NCBI GenBank assembly: GCA_038885615.1
Contig: JAVZZP010000001.1
Span: 198,646-262,645, forward strand
Direction of reading: 5' to 3'
Source: Candidatus Pacearchaeota archaeon
GTDB taxonomy: Archaea > Nanobdellota > Nanobdellia > Pacearchaeales > GW2011-AR1
DNA: 64,000 bases
Positions 28,690 to 38,734 of this stretch are shown one piece after another; positions within the stretch are counted from its first letter, which is position 1; each line of letters starts with the position of its first letter. A program made the position numbers and the translations under genes. Under the pieces are notes generated by a model, which saw nothing but the letters and a program-made list of their open reading frames with translations, had not been told where the DNA came from and did not search any database.

Positions 28690-29582
28690 AAAACCCAAAA
28701 CACTTTAAACTAACAACACCTGTCCTTTTCCTAATTTTTAATAGACTAGAAACTACAAAAAAAGTTTTTGGTGAAATTAGAAAGGCAAAACCGACAAAAC
28801 TTTATATAGCAGCAGACGGGCCAAGAAACGAGGAAGAAAAAAAGAAAACAGACGCTGTCAGAAAATATGTTTTAAGCCATATTGATTGGCCGTGTAAAGT
28901 GAAAACTTTATTTAGAGAGAAAAATTTGGGATGTAGAATAGCTTCTAATAAAGCAATAAGCTGGGTATTAAATTTAGAAGATAGATGTATGGTTTTGGAA
29001 GATGATACTATCCCTAGTAAGACCTATTTTAGATTTATGCAAGAGATACTTGAATACTATAAAAATAATGAGAAGATAATGAGTGTGGGAGGAGTTAATT
29101 TCTTAAAAAGAGTAAATATAAGTGAGAGCTACTTTTTTTCTAAAGTTCACACTAGCGGTACTGGAATATGGAGAAGATCTTGGCAGAAACAAGATTTAGA
29201 TGTAAAGAGATATTTAGAAATAGAAAAAAGTAATGAATTGTATAAGTATATTCCTAATATTATTGAAAGAGTGTTATGGAAAAAAAGAGTAAAGGATATG
29301 CTATCAAGAAAAGTAGACTCTTGGGGCTATGCTTTTCAGATAGCACATTTTATAAATAGAGGTCTTTGTGTTATTCCAAAAGTGAATCTAATAAAAAACA
29401 TAGGGTTCGATGAAGAAGCAACCCATACAAGATTTAATAAAATAGATAAAAAGTATATTTCTCTTCCTAAATTTGAATTGAAATTTCCATTGGTACACCC
29501 AAAAAAAATTGAAATAAATAAAGAATTAGAGAAAAAACTACTGATTCTTGAGATAAAAAGAATTCTTTTAAAAAGATTATAA
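28686..29582 (+). CDS. nucleotide-diphospho-sugar transferase (GT-A/GT2-like)
   Basis: N-terminus PVLFLIFNRLETT...LYIAADGPR is typical of GT-A enzymes. Confidence 0.45.
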   Translation: MKNPKHFKLTTPVLFLIFNRLETTKKVFGEIRKAKPTKLYIAADGPRNEEEKKKTDAVRKYVLSHIDWPCKVKTLFREKNLGCRIASNKAISWVLNLEDRCMVLEDDTIPSKTYFRFMQEILEYYKNNEKIMSVGGVNFLKRVNISESYFFSKVHTSGTGIWRRSWQKQDLDVKRYLEIEKSNELYKYIPNIIERVLWKKRVKDMLSRKVDSWGYAFQIAHFINRGLCVIPKVNLIKNIGFDEEATHTRFNKIDKKYISLPKFELKFPLVHPKKIEINKELEKKLLILEIKRILLKRL

Positions 29583-29583
29583 G

Positions 29584-30540
29584 ATGATAAAGCAATATCC
29601 TAAAATTTTTTGTAAAAAGATAAGAGTAAAATTAAAAGAAATGTTTTATCGGCCTAAAGCATACATTTTTATAATCCATAGGGTAGAAGAAATAAATAAA
29701 GAAGGCATAAAAATAAACGAAATTCTAAAAATTTCTCCTAAGAGTTTAGAGGAATTTATAATTTTATGTAGGAAGAAAAAATATAATTTTATTAGTATTG
29801 AAAGATTTATTAAAATGTTCAAAAAAAAAGAATTAACTGGAAAAGAGATTATATTGACAATTGATGACGGCTATAAAGATGTTTTTGAAAGAGGGTTATC
29901 AATTCTTGAAAAATATAAAATCCCTTTTGTATTTTATCTGAGCACTTCTTTTTTAGAAAGAAGATTTTTTTATTGGTGGTATTTATTAGAAGAGATTATT
30001 TTAAAAAATGAGGAGGTCATATTTAAAAATAAGAAATACAAATGTAAAAGTCTAAAAGAAAAAAATGCTCTTTTTAAAAAAATTAGGAGAAAGATTGCTT
30101 TCTTAAAAGATGAAGAAGAATTAAAAGACCTGTTCTCTAATTACGAATTGAAGGTTAAAAAGGATTATTATAATTCTCTTTTTCTACAGTGGAAAGAGAT
30201 TAGAGAAAAATTAAAAAACCCCTTAATAACTATCGGGAATCACGGGGATGGCCATTTCTTTTTCAATTCTAAAGAAGAGGAGGAAATAGAAAAGGATATA
30301 ATAAAAGCACAAAATTTAATAAAAAAAAATCTTAATATAAAAACAAAACATTTTTCTTATCCTTATGGGGATATAATCTCTATTTCAAAAAAACATTCGG
30401 AAATAATAAAAAGATTAGGATTTGTTAGTGGAGTTACGACGGAAAATAGACCTGTTAATTACAAAGATGATCTACTTTATCTGCCTAGGATTAATTTAAG
30501 CGAATTTAATTATAAGAAAATTATAAGAAAATTAAAATGA
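29584..30540 (+). CDS. polysaccharide deacetylase (CE4/NodB-like)
   Basis: ILTIDDGYKDV and GNHGDGH motifs. Confidence 0.7.
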   Translation: MIKQYPKIFCKKIRVKLKEMFYRPKAYIFIIHRVEEINKEGIKINEILKISPKSLEEFIILCRKKKYNFISIERFIKMFKKKELTGKEIILTIDDGYKDVFERGLSILEKYKIPFVFYLSTSFLERRFFYWWYLLEEIILKNEEVIFKNKKYKCKSLKEKNALFKKIRRKIAFLKDEEELKDLFSNYELKVKKDYYNSLFLQWKEIREKLKNPLITIGNHGDGHFFFNSKEEEEIEKDIIKAQNLIKKNLNIKTKHFSYPYGDIISISKKHSEIIKRLGFVSGVTTENRPVNYKDDLLYLPRINLSEFNYKKIIRKLK

Positions 30541-31364
30541 AAAAACCATTAATATCCGTTATCATTCCCGTGTATAATAGCAAAAAGTTCTTAAGAAAGT
30601 GCTTAAATTCTATAATTAATCAAACCTTAAAAAATATAGAAATAATTTGTATAAATGACAATTCAAATGATTCTTCCTTAAAGATTTTAAAAGATTATCA
30701 AAAAAAAGACCGAAGAATAAAAGTATTTAATCAAAAAATGAATAGAGGACAGGGTTTTTGTAGGAATCTTGGATTAAGAATAGCTAAAGGAGAGTATATT
30801 TCATTTATAGATTCAGATGACTGGATAAATAAAACATATTTAGAAAGATTATACAAAACTGCAAAGAAAAAAAATGCAGAAGTTGTAATTTGCTCTATGT
30901 TTAATGAGAAAACAAACAAATATTACTACTTCTTTAAAGAAAAAAAGGTTTATTATAATATAAAAGAAAAAATAAAGATTTCTCAAATAGAAAAAAGAGG
31001 ATCTGTATGTAATGTCTTATTTTCAAAAAAACTTCTCAAAAAGAATCATCTTTTTTTTGAAGAAGGTGTTTTTTATGAAGATATTCTTTTTATGTTAAAG
31101 GCAGTATATTTTTGTAATAAAATAGTGACTGTTCCAAAAGCAACCTATTACTATAGGTATAACCCTTCCTCAACAATTAATACTTTAAACGAGAAAAAAA
31201 TAGAGGACCTTTATAATGCTAGAAAAAAAATGAAAGAATTTTCTAAAAGATATAAATTTAGATTAATTTTTAGAATTCACGGAAGTATTCCTGTTCCTTT
31301 TTTTATCTTAAAGTTATTTACTTTACTGAGACTAATGTACTTAAAACATAAATTTAAAAATTAA
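30537..31364 (+). CDS. GT2 family glycosyltransferase
   Basis: ISVIIPVYNSKKFLRKCLNSIINQT, NDNSNDSS and DSDDW motifs. Confidence 0.8.
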   Translation: MKKPLISVIIPVYNSKKFLRKCLNSIINQTLKNIEIICINDNSNDSSLKILKDYQKKDRRIKVFNQKMNRGQGFCRNLGLRIAKGEYISFIDSDDWINKTYLERLYKTAKKKNAEVVICSMFNEKTNKYYYFFKEKKVYYNIKEKIKISQIEKRGSVCNVLFSKKLLKKNHLFFEEGVFYEDILFMLKAVYFCNKIVTVPKATYYYRYNPSSTINTLNEKKIEDLYNARKKMKEFSKRYKFRLIFRIHGSIPVPFFILKLFTLLRLMYLKHKFKN

Positions 31365-31468
31365 GTTTTTCAAAAAGGACGAGAAAAGAATTATTGTTTA
31401 AGATCAGGTAGAAAGATAGGCTAGCCCTTATTTAATAAACCGTATACCAAAAAAGAAAAATTTCTTTA

Positions 31469-31770
31469 ATGGAGGCTGGCAGCGGTACAGGTCAGGGTTC
31501 AATAAATATTTATTAAAAAATAAAGACAAAATAAGAAATCTTACTATGTTGGATTATTCAAAAAAGATGTTAAGATTAAGCAAAGAAATGCGAACAGGAG
31601 GAATGTTAAAGCAAAATATATCATTGGATATATTGAAAAATTAATTCCAAGGAAAAGTTTGATTTGAGATTCATGAAGAAGTTATGGAACGTTTAAGAAA
31701 TTTAGATGTCGGCGTTAATAATTTATTAAAACATTTAAATGAAGGAGGAGTAATTATATCGTTTTCCTAA
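31469..31770 (+). pseudogene. decayed class I SAM-dependent methyltransferase pseudogene
   Basis: Three frames carry methyltransferase pieces: MEAGSGTGQGS (motif I), ANRRNVKAKYIIGYIEKLIPRKSLI (motif II/III region) and HEEVMERLRNLDVGVNNLLKHLNEGGVIISFS (C-terminus), separated by stops and frameshifts. No intact ORF exists. Confidence 0.55.
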
Positions 31771-32073
31771 TGCTTTAAACGACATTTTATTAAAAAATAT
31801 ATTCAACGTTTTTGGAGTACGGGAATAGGATAGTATGGTTATAAAAAATATAATGTTAAATTAAAAAAAATTAAATCTAGAAGCTAGAAATCTAATATAT
31901 TCGGTTTTCTTATTTATTTTCATACAATGTTGCAGCAACTTAATAAATAATAAAAAAGTTCTATAAATCCATGATAGAACAAATAATTTTTTTAATTTAT
32001 GTTTGCAAAAAACTTAAAAACAAAACCTTCTTCATAAAACCAAGAGCATACTACTAAATAAAAACCTTTCCTT

Positions 32074-32805
32074 TTAATCCTTTAAATCAATCTTTACCCT
32101 TCCAAAAAGCAAATAGAAAACAGCAATAAAACTTCTCCAAACTTTTATTTTTGAGTATTTAAAGTCTGTAACTAGACGATAAAACCACTCCATTCCTATT
32201 TTTCTTACAAAAGAAGGAGCCTCTTTCTTTTTTCCTAAGAGAAAATCCATTGCTGCGCCAACATTAAAGAAATATATTGCATTAGTTTTTTTAAAAAGCT
32301 GATAAGAGAGAATGTTTTGTTTGGGGCTTGCTATTCCAACCCATACAAAGTCAGCCTTGAATTTATTTATTTTTTTAGATATTTTTTCTATTTCCTCATC
32401 GGGAAAGACAACATCTTTTATATAGGGAGGATTGTAACAATCAACTTTTTTTAAATAGGGGAAGTTTTTTCTTAAAACATTTAAATCCTTTTTTTCTAAA
32501 CCTATAAAAAAATGTTTTTTTGAAGAAGAAAGTTCTTTGTTTAAAAAGATCTCTCTCGTAAAAGTTGGTCCACGCACTCTTGAAATTTTTTTAAATTTTT
32601 TTAGAGAAAGAAAAAAAGCTGGAAAAAAACCGTCGAGAAGATTTATAGTATTTTTTTCTTCAGAAACTGCTTCTCTGAAAGTTTTTTCTTTAAAAAATAA
32701 ATAAACACAATAAAGATTTAGAAAATTAAATATTTTTCTTTCGGATGATTTTTTTACAATATTAATAATATCTTCAAGACATGCTCTCTTAAAAAAAATC
32801 TTCAT
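32074..32805 (-). CDS. WecB/TagA/CpsF family (GT26) glycosyltransferase
   Basis: VWVGIASPKQN, NVGAAMDFLLGKKKEAP and MEWFYRL motifs. Confidence 0.75.
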   Translation of the reverse strand: MKIFFKRACLEDIINIVKKSSERKIFNFLNLYCVYLFFKEKTFREAVSEEKNTINLLDGFFPAFFLSLKKFKKISRVRGPTFTREIFLNKELSSSKKHFFIGLEKKDLNVLRKNFPYLKKVDCYNPPYIKDVVFPDEEIEKISKKINKFKADFVWVGIASPKQNILSYQLFKKTNAIYFFNVGAAMDFLLGKKKEAPSFVRKIGMEWFYRLVTDFKYSKIKVWRSFIAVFYLLFGRVKIDLKD

Positions 32806-32889
32806 GAAAGTAATAGTAAAAAAAGTATTAAAAGCCTTTCTAAATTATGAAAACAAAAACCTTAAAAATATTGAAAAAATTTAAGGATT

Positions 32890-33474
32890 ATGAAAAAAGA
32901 GATGATAATTTTAATAATTGTTATTTCTCTTTTAGGTTTTGTAAAGGCAGACGCGTCAGGCATTTTTATAGGAAACGAGAGTTATACGCAAACAGAAACC
33001 TCAGCTGAAATGGAGATTCTAGCAAATTTAGAATCAACTCAATCTTGGGCGGAAGTTGAGATTAATACAACAGAAATTCATTTTGGAAATGTAATTCCAA
33101 TGTCTCCTTGGAATACTTATAGAGCAAAGTATAAGATAAAAGCAAGAGGAAATATAAACATTGAAGTTACACCAATACTTGTTAATAGCAATGATGAAAT
33201 TTTTTCTAATCTTTATTTCGCAAGAACTTATGAATCAAGCAAAAGCAAATGGACAAAAATCGGAAGTTATAAAATGATATTTAACCTAACTGAAAATGCA
33301 GGTTATTGGAGTATTATAGGCTCAACAGGATTACAAAATGCTACATGGAGCGGCACAAATGGAGATCAATCTGTTTTATTAGATTTATCTGATTATAAAA
33401 AACCAATTCCTTTTGATATTCAAAATTATAGAAACGCTATAAGATTCAGAATTGTTCCGGTATGGCAAGATTAA
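32890..33474 (+). CDS. secreted hypothetical protein (signal peptide)
   Basis: MKKEMIILIIVISLLGFVKADA signal sequence. Confidence 0.4.
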   Translation: MKKEMIILIIVISLLGFVKADASGIFIGNESYTQTETSAEMEILANLESTQSWAEVEINTTEIHFGNVIPMSPWNTYRAKYKIKARGNINIEVTPILVNSNDEIFSNLYFARTYESSKSKWTKIGSYKMIFNLTENAGYWSIIGSTGLQNATWSGTNGDQSVLLDLSDYKKPIPFDIQNYRNAIRFRIVPVWQD

Positions 33475-33980
33475 TAAAAATAACAAAAGTCTTTATTTTA
33501 CTTATACTCATTTTATCTTTTTCCTCAGCAATAAAAATTTCACCAACAAAACAAACACTTGAAATGAAACAAGGCGAAACAAAATGTGTTAATATTTGGA
33601 TTTTGCCTGAAAAAAATTATACGATTGGCTCAAAATGGTCTTTTGATGGAAAAGGTGATTTAGAAAAGTACAACTTAACTGCTGAAAAGATAAAAGTTGA
33701 AATTGAGTACAATTATTCAGAAGGAAAATACGAATTTTGTTTCACACCTAAATATGGTGGAAATTTTTCTGGAATAATTTATTTTTACGACGAAGAAAAT
33801 ATGATTGAAATTGGAAGTTGGGTTGACTTAAAAGTTGAGGGTGAAAAATTCGTTGAAAAAATATCTCTTTTCGCTGGAAATATCATTAGGGAATACAAAA
33901 AAAATGAAATTAATACTTTATTAATGATATGCCTCATACTTTTAATTATTGCTTTTTTTGCGATTGTCAGATATTCCTGA
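33462..33980 (+). CDS. surface protein with signal peptide and C-terminal TM anchor
   Basis: N-terminal signal peptide; C-terminal LLMICLILLIIAFFAIVRYS helix. Confidence 0.4.
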   Translation: MARLIKITKVFILLILILSFSSAIKISPTKQTLEMKQGETKCVNIWILPEKNYTIGSKWSFDGKGDLEKYNLTAEKIKVEIEYNYSEGKYEFCFTPKYGGNFSGIIYFYDEENMIEIGSWVDLKVEGEKFVEKISLFAGNIIREYKKNEINTLLMICLILLIIAFFAIVRYS

Positions 33981-35288
33981 TTTAAAAAAAAGAATAGCTA
34001 GTAAAAAACTCCTGCTCAAAATTGTAGCTAAAGCTGCACCTATCGTTGCATGATACATTGAAAATTGTAAAAAATATTTTATCAAAAAGAAATTAAGAAT
34101 TATATTTAAAGTAGTAGAAAAAATAAGTGTCTTAGCCAAAAACTTATTTTTTGACTGAGAAACATAAAAGTTTGAAAAAATTGCATTAAAAGAATCAATT
34201 AATAAAAGAACAGAGATTATTCTCAAAATGCTTGAAGCCAAAAGATATTCTTTGCCATAAGCTACTTTAACAACAAAAGAAGAAAAAACCGAAGTTCCCA
34301 AAATTGCTGCTAAAGAAAAGATAAAAGTTATTATCAATGATTTTTTTAAAGCTATATTTAATCTTTCTTTTGGGAGTTTGGCAAATATAGGAAAAAAGGC
34401 TGCTGCAAATGGGATTAAAACACTAACCGAACCGAGTAAGGCAAAGGCTGCTTGATAATACGCTAAATAAGATGATTCAACAAATCTTCCGAGCATGATT
34501 ATATCGATAGTACCAAAAAATATTCCTGTTAGGGCAGTTGCACTTAAAGGCAAAATAAAATTAATAACTTCCTTTTTTTCTTCACTTGATAAATCATTTT
34601 TTCTATACTTTTTAATTCTTGGATAAAGAAAGAAAATTGAAAGAAAAAAACAAACTGAGAGTGATAAAAAAATTCCAAAGAGAAATATTTCTTTTGAAGA
34701 ATCTAAAAGCAAAATAATTGTTATAGGAACTAAAATCAAACGAATTATTTGATAAAAAATCTCTTTATAAAAAGGATATTTAAAATTGTTTCTTGCTTGA
34801 AATAGCCCGATAACAAAACCCAGTAGACTATTAAAAATAACATAAAAAGAGCCTGCAAGCAAGGCCAAAAAAATAGGTTTTTTATAATAAAAATTTGCAA
34901 TAAAATAAGAGGATAAAACTAAAACAAAAGAAACTAAAAGGGTTAATTTTATTTTTAAATTCCTTATAAAAAAAACATATGCTCCTGCTTTTTTCGGATT
35001 ACGCCCATACTTAGATAAATATCTTATCAAGGCACTTCCAATGCCCAAATCTGTAAAAGCTCCAAAAATTAATATTGTTGATAAAGCTAAAGTATAGAGA
35101 CCAAAGTTTTCTGGAAGAAGCATTCGTGCAAGTATTATTGTAAAAATCAGACTTCCACCCTTTGCTACAACATTTGTAAAAAACTGAAAAATAGAATTTT
35201 TTATCGCAATCCCTGTATTACCTGAAAAATCTCTCTTGACGATTCTTCGCGTAATTACAATTATCTTTGTTTTTAATAAATTTAACAT
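33942..35288 (-). CDS. Wzx-like oligosaccharide flippase (MOP superfamily)
   Basis: About 12 TM helices; polysaccharide_biosynth-type N-terminus (GLYTLALSTILIFGAFTDLGIGSALIRYLSK). Confidence 0.65.
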   Translation of the reverse strand: MLNLLKTKIIVITRRIVKRDFSGNTGIAIKNSIFQFFTNVVAKGGSLIFTIILARMLLPENFGLYTLALSTILIFGAFTDLGIGSALIRYLSKYGRNPKKAGAYVFFIRNLKIKLTLLVSFVLVLSSYFIANFYYKKPIFLALLAGSFYVIFNSLLGFVIGLFQARNNFKYPFYKEIFYQIIRLILVPITIILLLDSSKEIFLFGIFLSLSVCFFLSIFFLYPRIKKYRKNDLSSEEKKEVINFILPLSATALTGIFFGTIDIIMLGRFVESSYLAYYQAAFALLGSVSVLIPFAAAFFPIFAKLPKERLNIALKKSLIITFIFSLAAILGTSVFSSFVVKVAYGKEYLLASSILRIISVLLLIDSFNAIFSNFYVSQSKNKFLAKTLIFSTTLNIILNFFLIKYFLQFSMYHATIGAALATILSRSFLLAILFFKSGISDNRKKSNN

Positions 35289-35293
35289 ATAGA

Positions 35294-35749
35294 TTAATGT
35301 TTTTTATGTTTTTTATGTTTTTTCAAATGATAGAACCAACTTACTTTATGAAATACATTTAATTCCGAGTTATAAAGGTCTATCCAATCTAAGATAAGAT
35401 GAAAAATAAAACCAATTAATACATATAAAAATATTTTATTAAAAAAAGAAAATAAAAAAATCAAAATTAAAACTTCAACTGAATGAAAAAGTCTAAAAGG
35501 ATAAATATATTTTTTTCTTTGTTCTTTATTTAAGCTTAAAACAAAATCTCTTCTATCTCTTGCCCACTTAAAAAATTTCATAGGGCTAATACTCTTTTTC
35601 TTTAGAACAAAAAGAAAAACAATATCTAAATCTATAAAAAACCAGGTAGACAAAAAAAGAGCAGTGAATTCTAAAAGAGAAATATTAAAAATAAAATAAA
35701 AAATCAATGAAAAGATAAAACCAAGAAAAAAATGGTTTGAAGGCCTCAT
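35294..35749 (-). CDS. membrane protein, hypothetical (His/Lys-rich tail HKKHKKHKKH)
   Basis: Four hydrophobic helices; no motif recognised. Confidence 0.3.
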   Translation of the reverse strand: MRPSNHFFLGFIFSLIFYFIFNISLLEFTALFLSTWFFIDLDIVFLFVLKKKSISPMKFFKWARDRRDFVLSLNKEQRKKYIYPFRLFHSVEVLILIFLFSFFNKIFLYVLIGFIFHLILDWIDLYNSELNVFHKVSWFYHLKKHKKHKKH

Positions 35750-37299
35750 TAGCCCTCCATTTGTCTAACTAAATCGGAAAAGGCAGGCCTTGTTATTAAA
35801 ACTCCTACTGAAATTCCTATTAAGGTTGTAATTGCGAAACCCTTAAGCAATCCTGCCGAAACAGCACCAATACCTATAAATGTTAGGGCTCCTGTCAAAG
35901 GAAGCAAGGCAACGGCTGTTGTTGAAAACGAGCAAATAATAATAAAAAGAGCTTTTTTGATTTTTTCTTTAATTGTTTCTTCTTTAACTTTTGCTTCGTC
36001 CAAAATAACGATCATACTGTCAATTCCTGTACCTATAGTGGCTAAAATACCTGCAATAGAAGGCAAGTCAAGATTCCAATTTATTAAAGCAGCTATTCCC
36101 AAAATAATTATTATTTCTGATACTAAAAATAAGAGCATCAACAAAGACTGCTTTATTTTTCTATATCTAACGAAAATAATTAAGCCAACTGCTAAGAAAG
36201 CAAAAAAACCGGCAATTAGAATTTGTTTTAAAAAATCGTTTCCCAATCTTGAGGATATTCTATCTAACTTAACAATTTCTAGTTTAAAAGGCAGACTTCC
36301 TGTAATTAAAACTGTTTGAAGCTTTTTCATTTGTTTTTCTGCTTCTTTATAGGCTTCTTCTCTTGTTGTTCCAGAACCAGAACCAGAAATTTGAACTTGG
36401 GTTGTTTCTCTTCCTCGCAAATCTGCAGCAATAGACAAAGAATCTGTTAATTGGTCATCTAAATAAAAGTCAATTGTCTTAGACAAATATCTTCCACCGG
36501 ATGAAGTATTAATCTCTAGGTTTTTTGTGACTTCTGCAAATCTTTCTGCTGCTTTCTTGCTTAACGAAATAGAAAACGCAAAATTGCAAACCTCCAAATT
36601 CCCTGATTTGAAGCATTCCTTTATGCCAGAATCTTTTCCAGTTCTTCCAACATAAGTTATATCCTCATTTCCTCCAATAAAAACAGTTTCATTGCCAATT
36701 TTTGCTTCAAATTTTCCTTGCTTAGCAATCAATTCTTCTAAGTCGGAAGGAGAGGAACCTGCAATTTCAACCAACATAAAATTATTTCTATCAAAATCTG
36801 AAACTTTTCTTATAGAAACATCTGTTAAACCATAAACATTAAATCTTTCTTGAGAAACTGCGATTAAATCATCTAGTTGCTGTTCTGAAAGAGGAACATC
36901 TGCCTTGACTAAAGCTCTTGCTCCACCCTGAATATCTAAACCTGTTTTTATTCTTGTTTTTGGTAGATCTGAAAAAGTTGCTTTCTTAAAATCCTCAATA
37001 GAGAATTCCCCGATAATCATTTTTTCTTCAGTCTTTATTTCAAATCGGGAATTGTTACTAAAAGAATAAATTATTGAGTTAAAATCATCTAGAGAGCTTA
37101 TTTTCTTTCCATTTATTTCAATAATTTTAGTTCCGACTCTCAATCCCTGTTCATAAAGAGAAGAATTTTTTTCTAGAGAACTAACTAAAACACCTTTTTC
37201 TAAAAAAAGAGGGGGAATTGAGAATATTGAAATTAAAGAAAGCAAAGTTACAACGATAACAAACCAAACCTTAAATGTGATTTTCATTTTTTTCAACAA
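35749..37299 (-). CDS. secD: protein-export membrane protein SecD
   Basis: GLDIQGG signature, a large first periplasmic domain and C-terminal TM bundle (GTGIDSMIVILD). Confidence 0.7.
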   Translation of the reverse strand: MLKKMKITFKVWFVIVVTLLSLISIFSIPPLFLEKGVLVSSLEKNSSLYEQGLRVGTKIIEINGKKISSLDDFNSIIYSFSNNSRFEIKTEEKMIIGEFSIEDFKKATFSDLPKTRIKTGLDIQGGARALVKADVPLSEQQLDDLIAVSQERFNVYGLTDVSIRKVSDFDRNNFMLVEIAGSSPSDLEELIAKQGKFEAKIGNETVFIGGNEDITYVGRTGKDSGIKECFKSGNLEVCNFAFSISLSKKAAERFAEVTKNLEINTSSGGRYLSKTIDFYLDDQLTDSLSIAADLRGRETTQVQISGSGSGTTREEAYKEAEKQMKKLQTVLITGSLPFKLEIVKLDRISSRLGNDFLKQILIAGFFAFLAVGLIIFVRYRKIKQSLLMLLFLVSEIIIILGIAALINWNLDLPSIAGILATIGTGIDSMIVILDEAKVKEETIKEKIKKALFIIICSFSTTAVALLPLTGALTFIGIGAVSAGLLKGFAITTLIGISVGVLITRPAFSDLVRQMEG

Positions 37300-38302
37300 A
37301 CCATTTAATTAATGAAGCATTAAAAACCCATGTATTAAAAATATCAAAGCAGAGGCCAATAATTAAAACAGTAAATATTTGATTCAAAACGCTTTGAAAT
37401 CTATAAACAAAAATTAGAGAAAAAACTATCGCTGCTAGAGAAGTAAAAGTCATAGCCATACCTGTTTTGAAAGCTTTAAAAATTTCTTCATTGACGGAGG
37501 TTTTTTTTCTTTTGAGAACTCTTGTAGTCAACAAAACATTTGTATCTACGGAATAACCAAGCAACATTAAAAAAGCAACTATGCCTGCTGTAGAAATTTT
37601 CATTTCCATTAAGTTTACTACAAACAGTGTTAAAATTATATCTGAAGCTGCAGCAAAAATAACTGCTATGGAGGGCATTGAAAATTTGTAATATATGACC
37701 ATTAAAAAGGCCGCTACCAAGAATAAAAATATTGCGAATACTCCAGAGGATTTAGAAGATGAAAAAGAAAATCTTACTAGAATAGCTAAAATAATTGTTA
37801 AAAAAACAGCTAAAAACTTAATTTTTTTACCCTTAGAGAAAATAAGAAAAACAACTAAAGACATTAAAAAAAAAGCTAAAATTAGGGAAGAAATAAGCTG
37901 ATTGTAAAAATTCTTGCTTAAAGAAGATGATGTTGTTTCTATTGAAGAGTTTTCTTGTGATAGTTTTTCACCTAAAAAAGATTCTAAAAGAGAAATCGTT
38001 TTGTTAGTATCTTTTTCTGCAACTGTTAAAATAATGTTACTTTTTTTGCCGGTGTTGTCCGTTATTGTTTTTATCTCAAAATCAGTAAATTCCTTTGAAA
38101 GAAAGTTTGAAAGATCTTTTTCATTTATCTCTGAAAAGAGAGTTATAGTTGTTCCCCCGGTCAGTGAAACATCCTTAAAAAATAAATCTCCTGTTTGAAA
38201 ATAGAAATAAAAAATATATCCCAAAGAAATAAAAAAGATTATTAGAGGCAAAAAAATAAATAACTTATAGTTGTTGTTATAAAACTTTCTGATTTTTTCC
38301 AT
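37271..38302 (-). CDS. secF: protein-export membrane protein SecF
   Basis: TM1, a periplasmic domain of about 110 aa and a 5-TM bundle. Overlaps secD by 29 nt. Confidence 0.7.
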   Translation of the reverse strand: MEKIRKFYNNNYKLFIFLPLIIFFISLGYIFYFYFQTGDLFFKDVSLTGGTTITLFSEINEKDLSNFLSKEFTDFEIKTITDNTGKKSNIILTVAEKDTNKTISLLESFLGEKLSQENSSIETTSSSLSKNFYNQLISSLILAFFLMSLVVFLIFSKGKKIKFLAVFLTIILAILVRFSFSSSKSSGVFAIFLFLVAAFLMVIYYKFSMPSIAVIFAAASDIILTLFVVNLMEMKISTAGIVAFLMLLGYSVDTNVLLTTRVLKRKKTSVNEEIFKAFKTGMAMTFTSLAAIVFSLIFVYRFQSVLNQIFTVLIIGLCFDIFNTWVFNASLIKWFVEKNENHI

Positions 38303-38340
38303 TAAAAAAGAAAATTAAATTAGTTTTTAAGTGTTTTGAA

Positions 38341-38411
38341 TGCGCGGGCCGGGATTCGAACCCGGGTCACAAGCTTGGAAGGCTAGTATTCTGCCACTGA
38401 ACTACCCACGC
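38341..38411 (-). tRNA. tRNA-Gly (anticodon UCC)
   Basis: Reverse complement GCGUGGGUAGUUCAGUGGCAGAAUACUAGCCUUCCAAGCUUGUGACCCGGGUUCGAAUCCCGGCCCGCGCA folds as a cloverleaf; anticodon loop CUUCCAA. One U-U mismatch in the anticodon stem. Confidence 0.8.
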
Positions 38412-38498
38412 ATATTTTTTATTTATAAAATTAAGTTTTAAACCTTGCGTTTGCATAAAAGATAAGTTTTTATAGGATAAATTTTAAAAAAAATTAAC

Positions 38499-38630
38499 GA
38501 GGGGATGCCGGAGTGGCCAAACGGGCAGGACTTAAGAAGCTCTCTTTAAAAAGAGACCTTGGAGAGAAACCAAGGAAATTAAGATATCCTGTGGCTTTTG
38601 CCTGCGGGGGTTCGAATCCTCCTCCCCTCA
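38499..38630 (+). tRNA. tRNA-Leu (anticodon UAA), class II, with 49-nt intron at the canonical 37/38 position (about 38537-38585)
   Basis: Acceptor GAGGGGA/UCCCCUC, 3-bp D-stem, anticodon arm CAGGA-CUUAAG[intron]A-UCCUG, long variable arm UGGCUUUUGCCUGC, T-arm GGGGG-UUCGAAU-CCUCC, discriminator A. The intron contains the hairpin ccttgg-agagaaa-ccaagg. Confidence 0.8.
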
Positions 38631-38713
38631 TTGAGATTCTCACACTTCGGTTTTTACAAACCTGCGGGCTCAGAAAACAAGTTTTCTGGGACTTCCATTC
38701 TTACAATGTAAGT

Positions 38714-38734
38714 GTTCGAATCCTCTTCCCATCA
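38714..38734 (+). repeat. degenerate direct repeat of the tRNA-Leu 3' end (19/21 nt)
   Basis: gttcgaatcctcttcccatca versus gttcgaatcctcctcccctca at 38610-38630; the intervening 83 nt do not fold as a tRNA. Confidence 0.6.
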
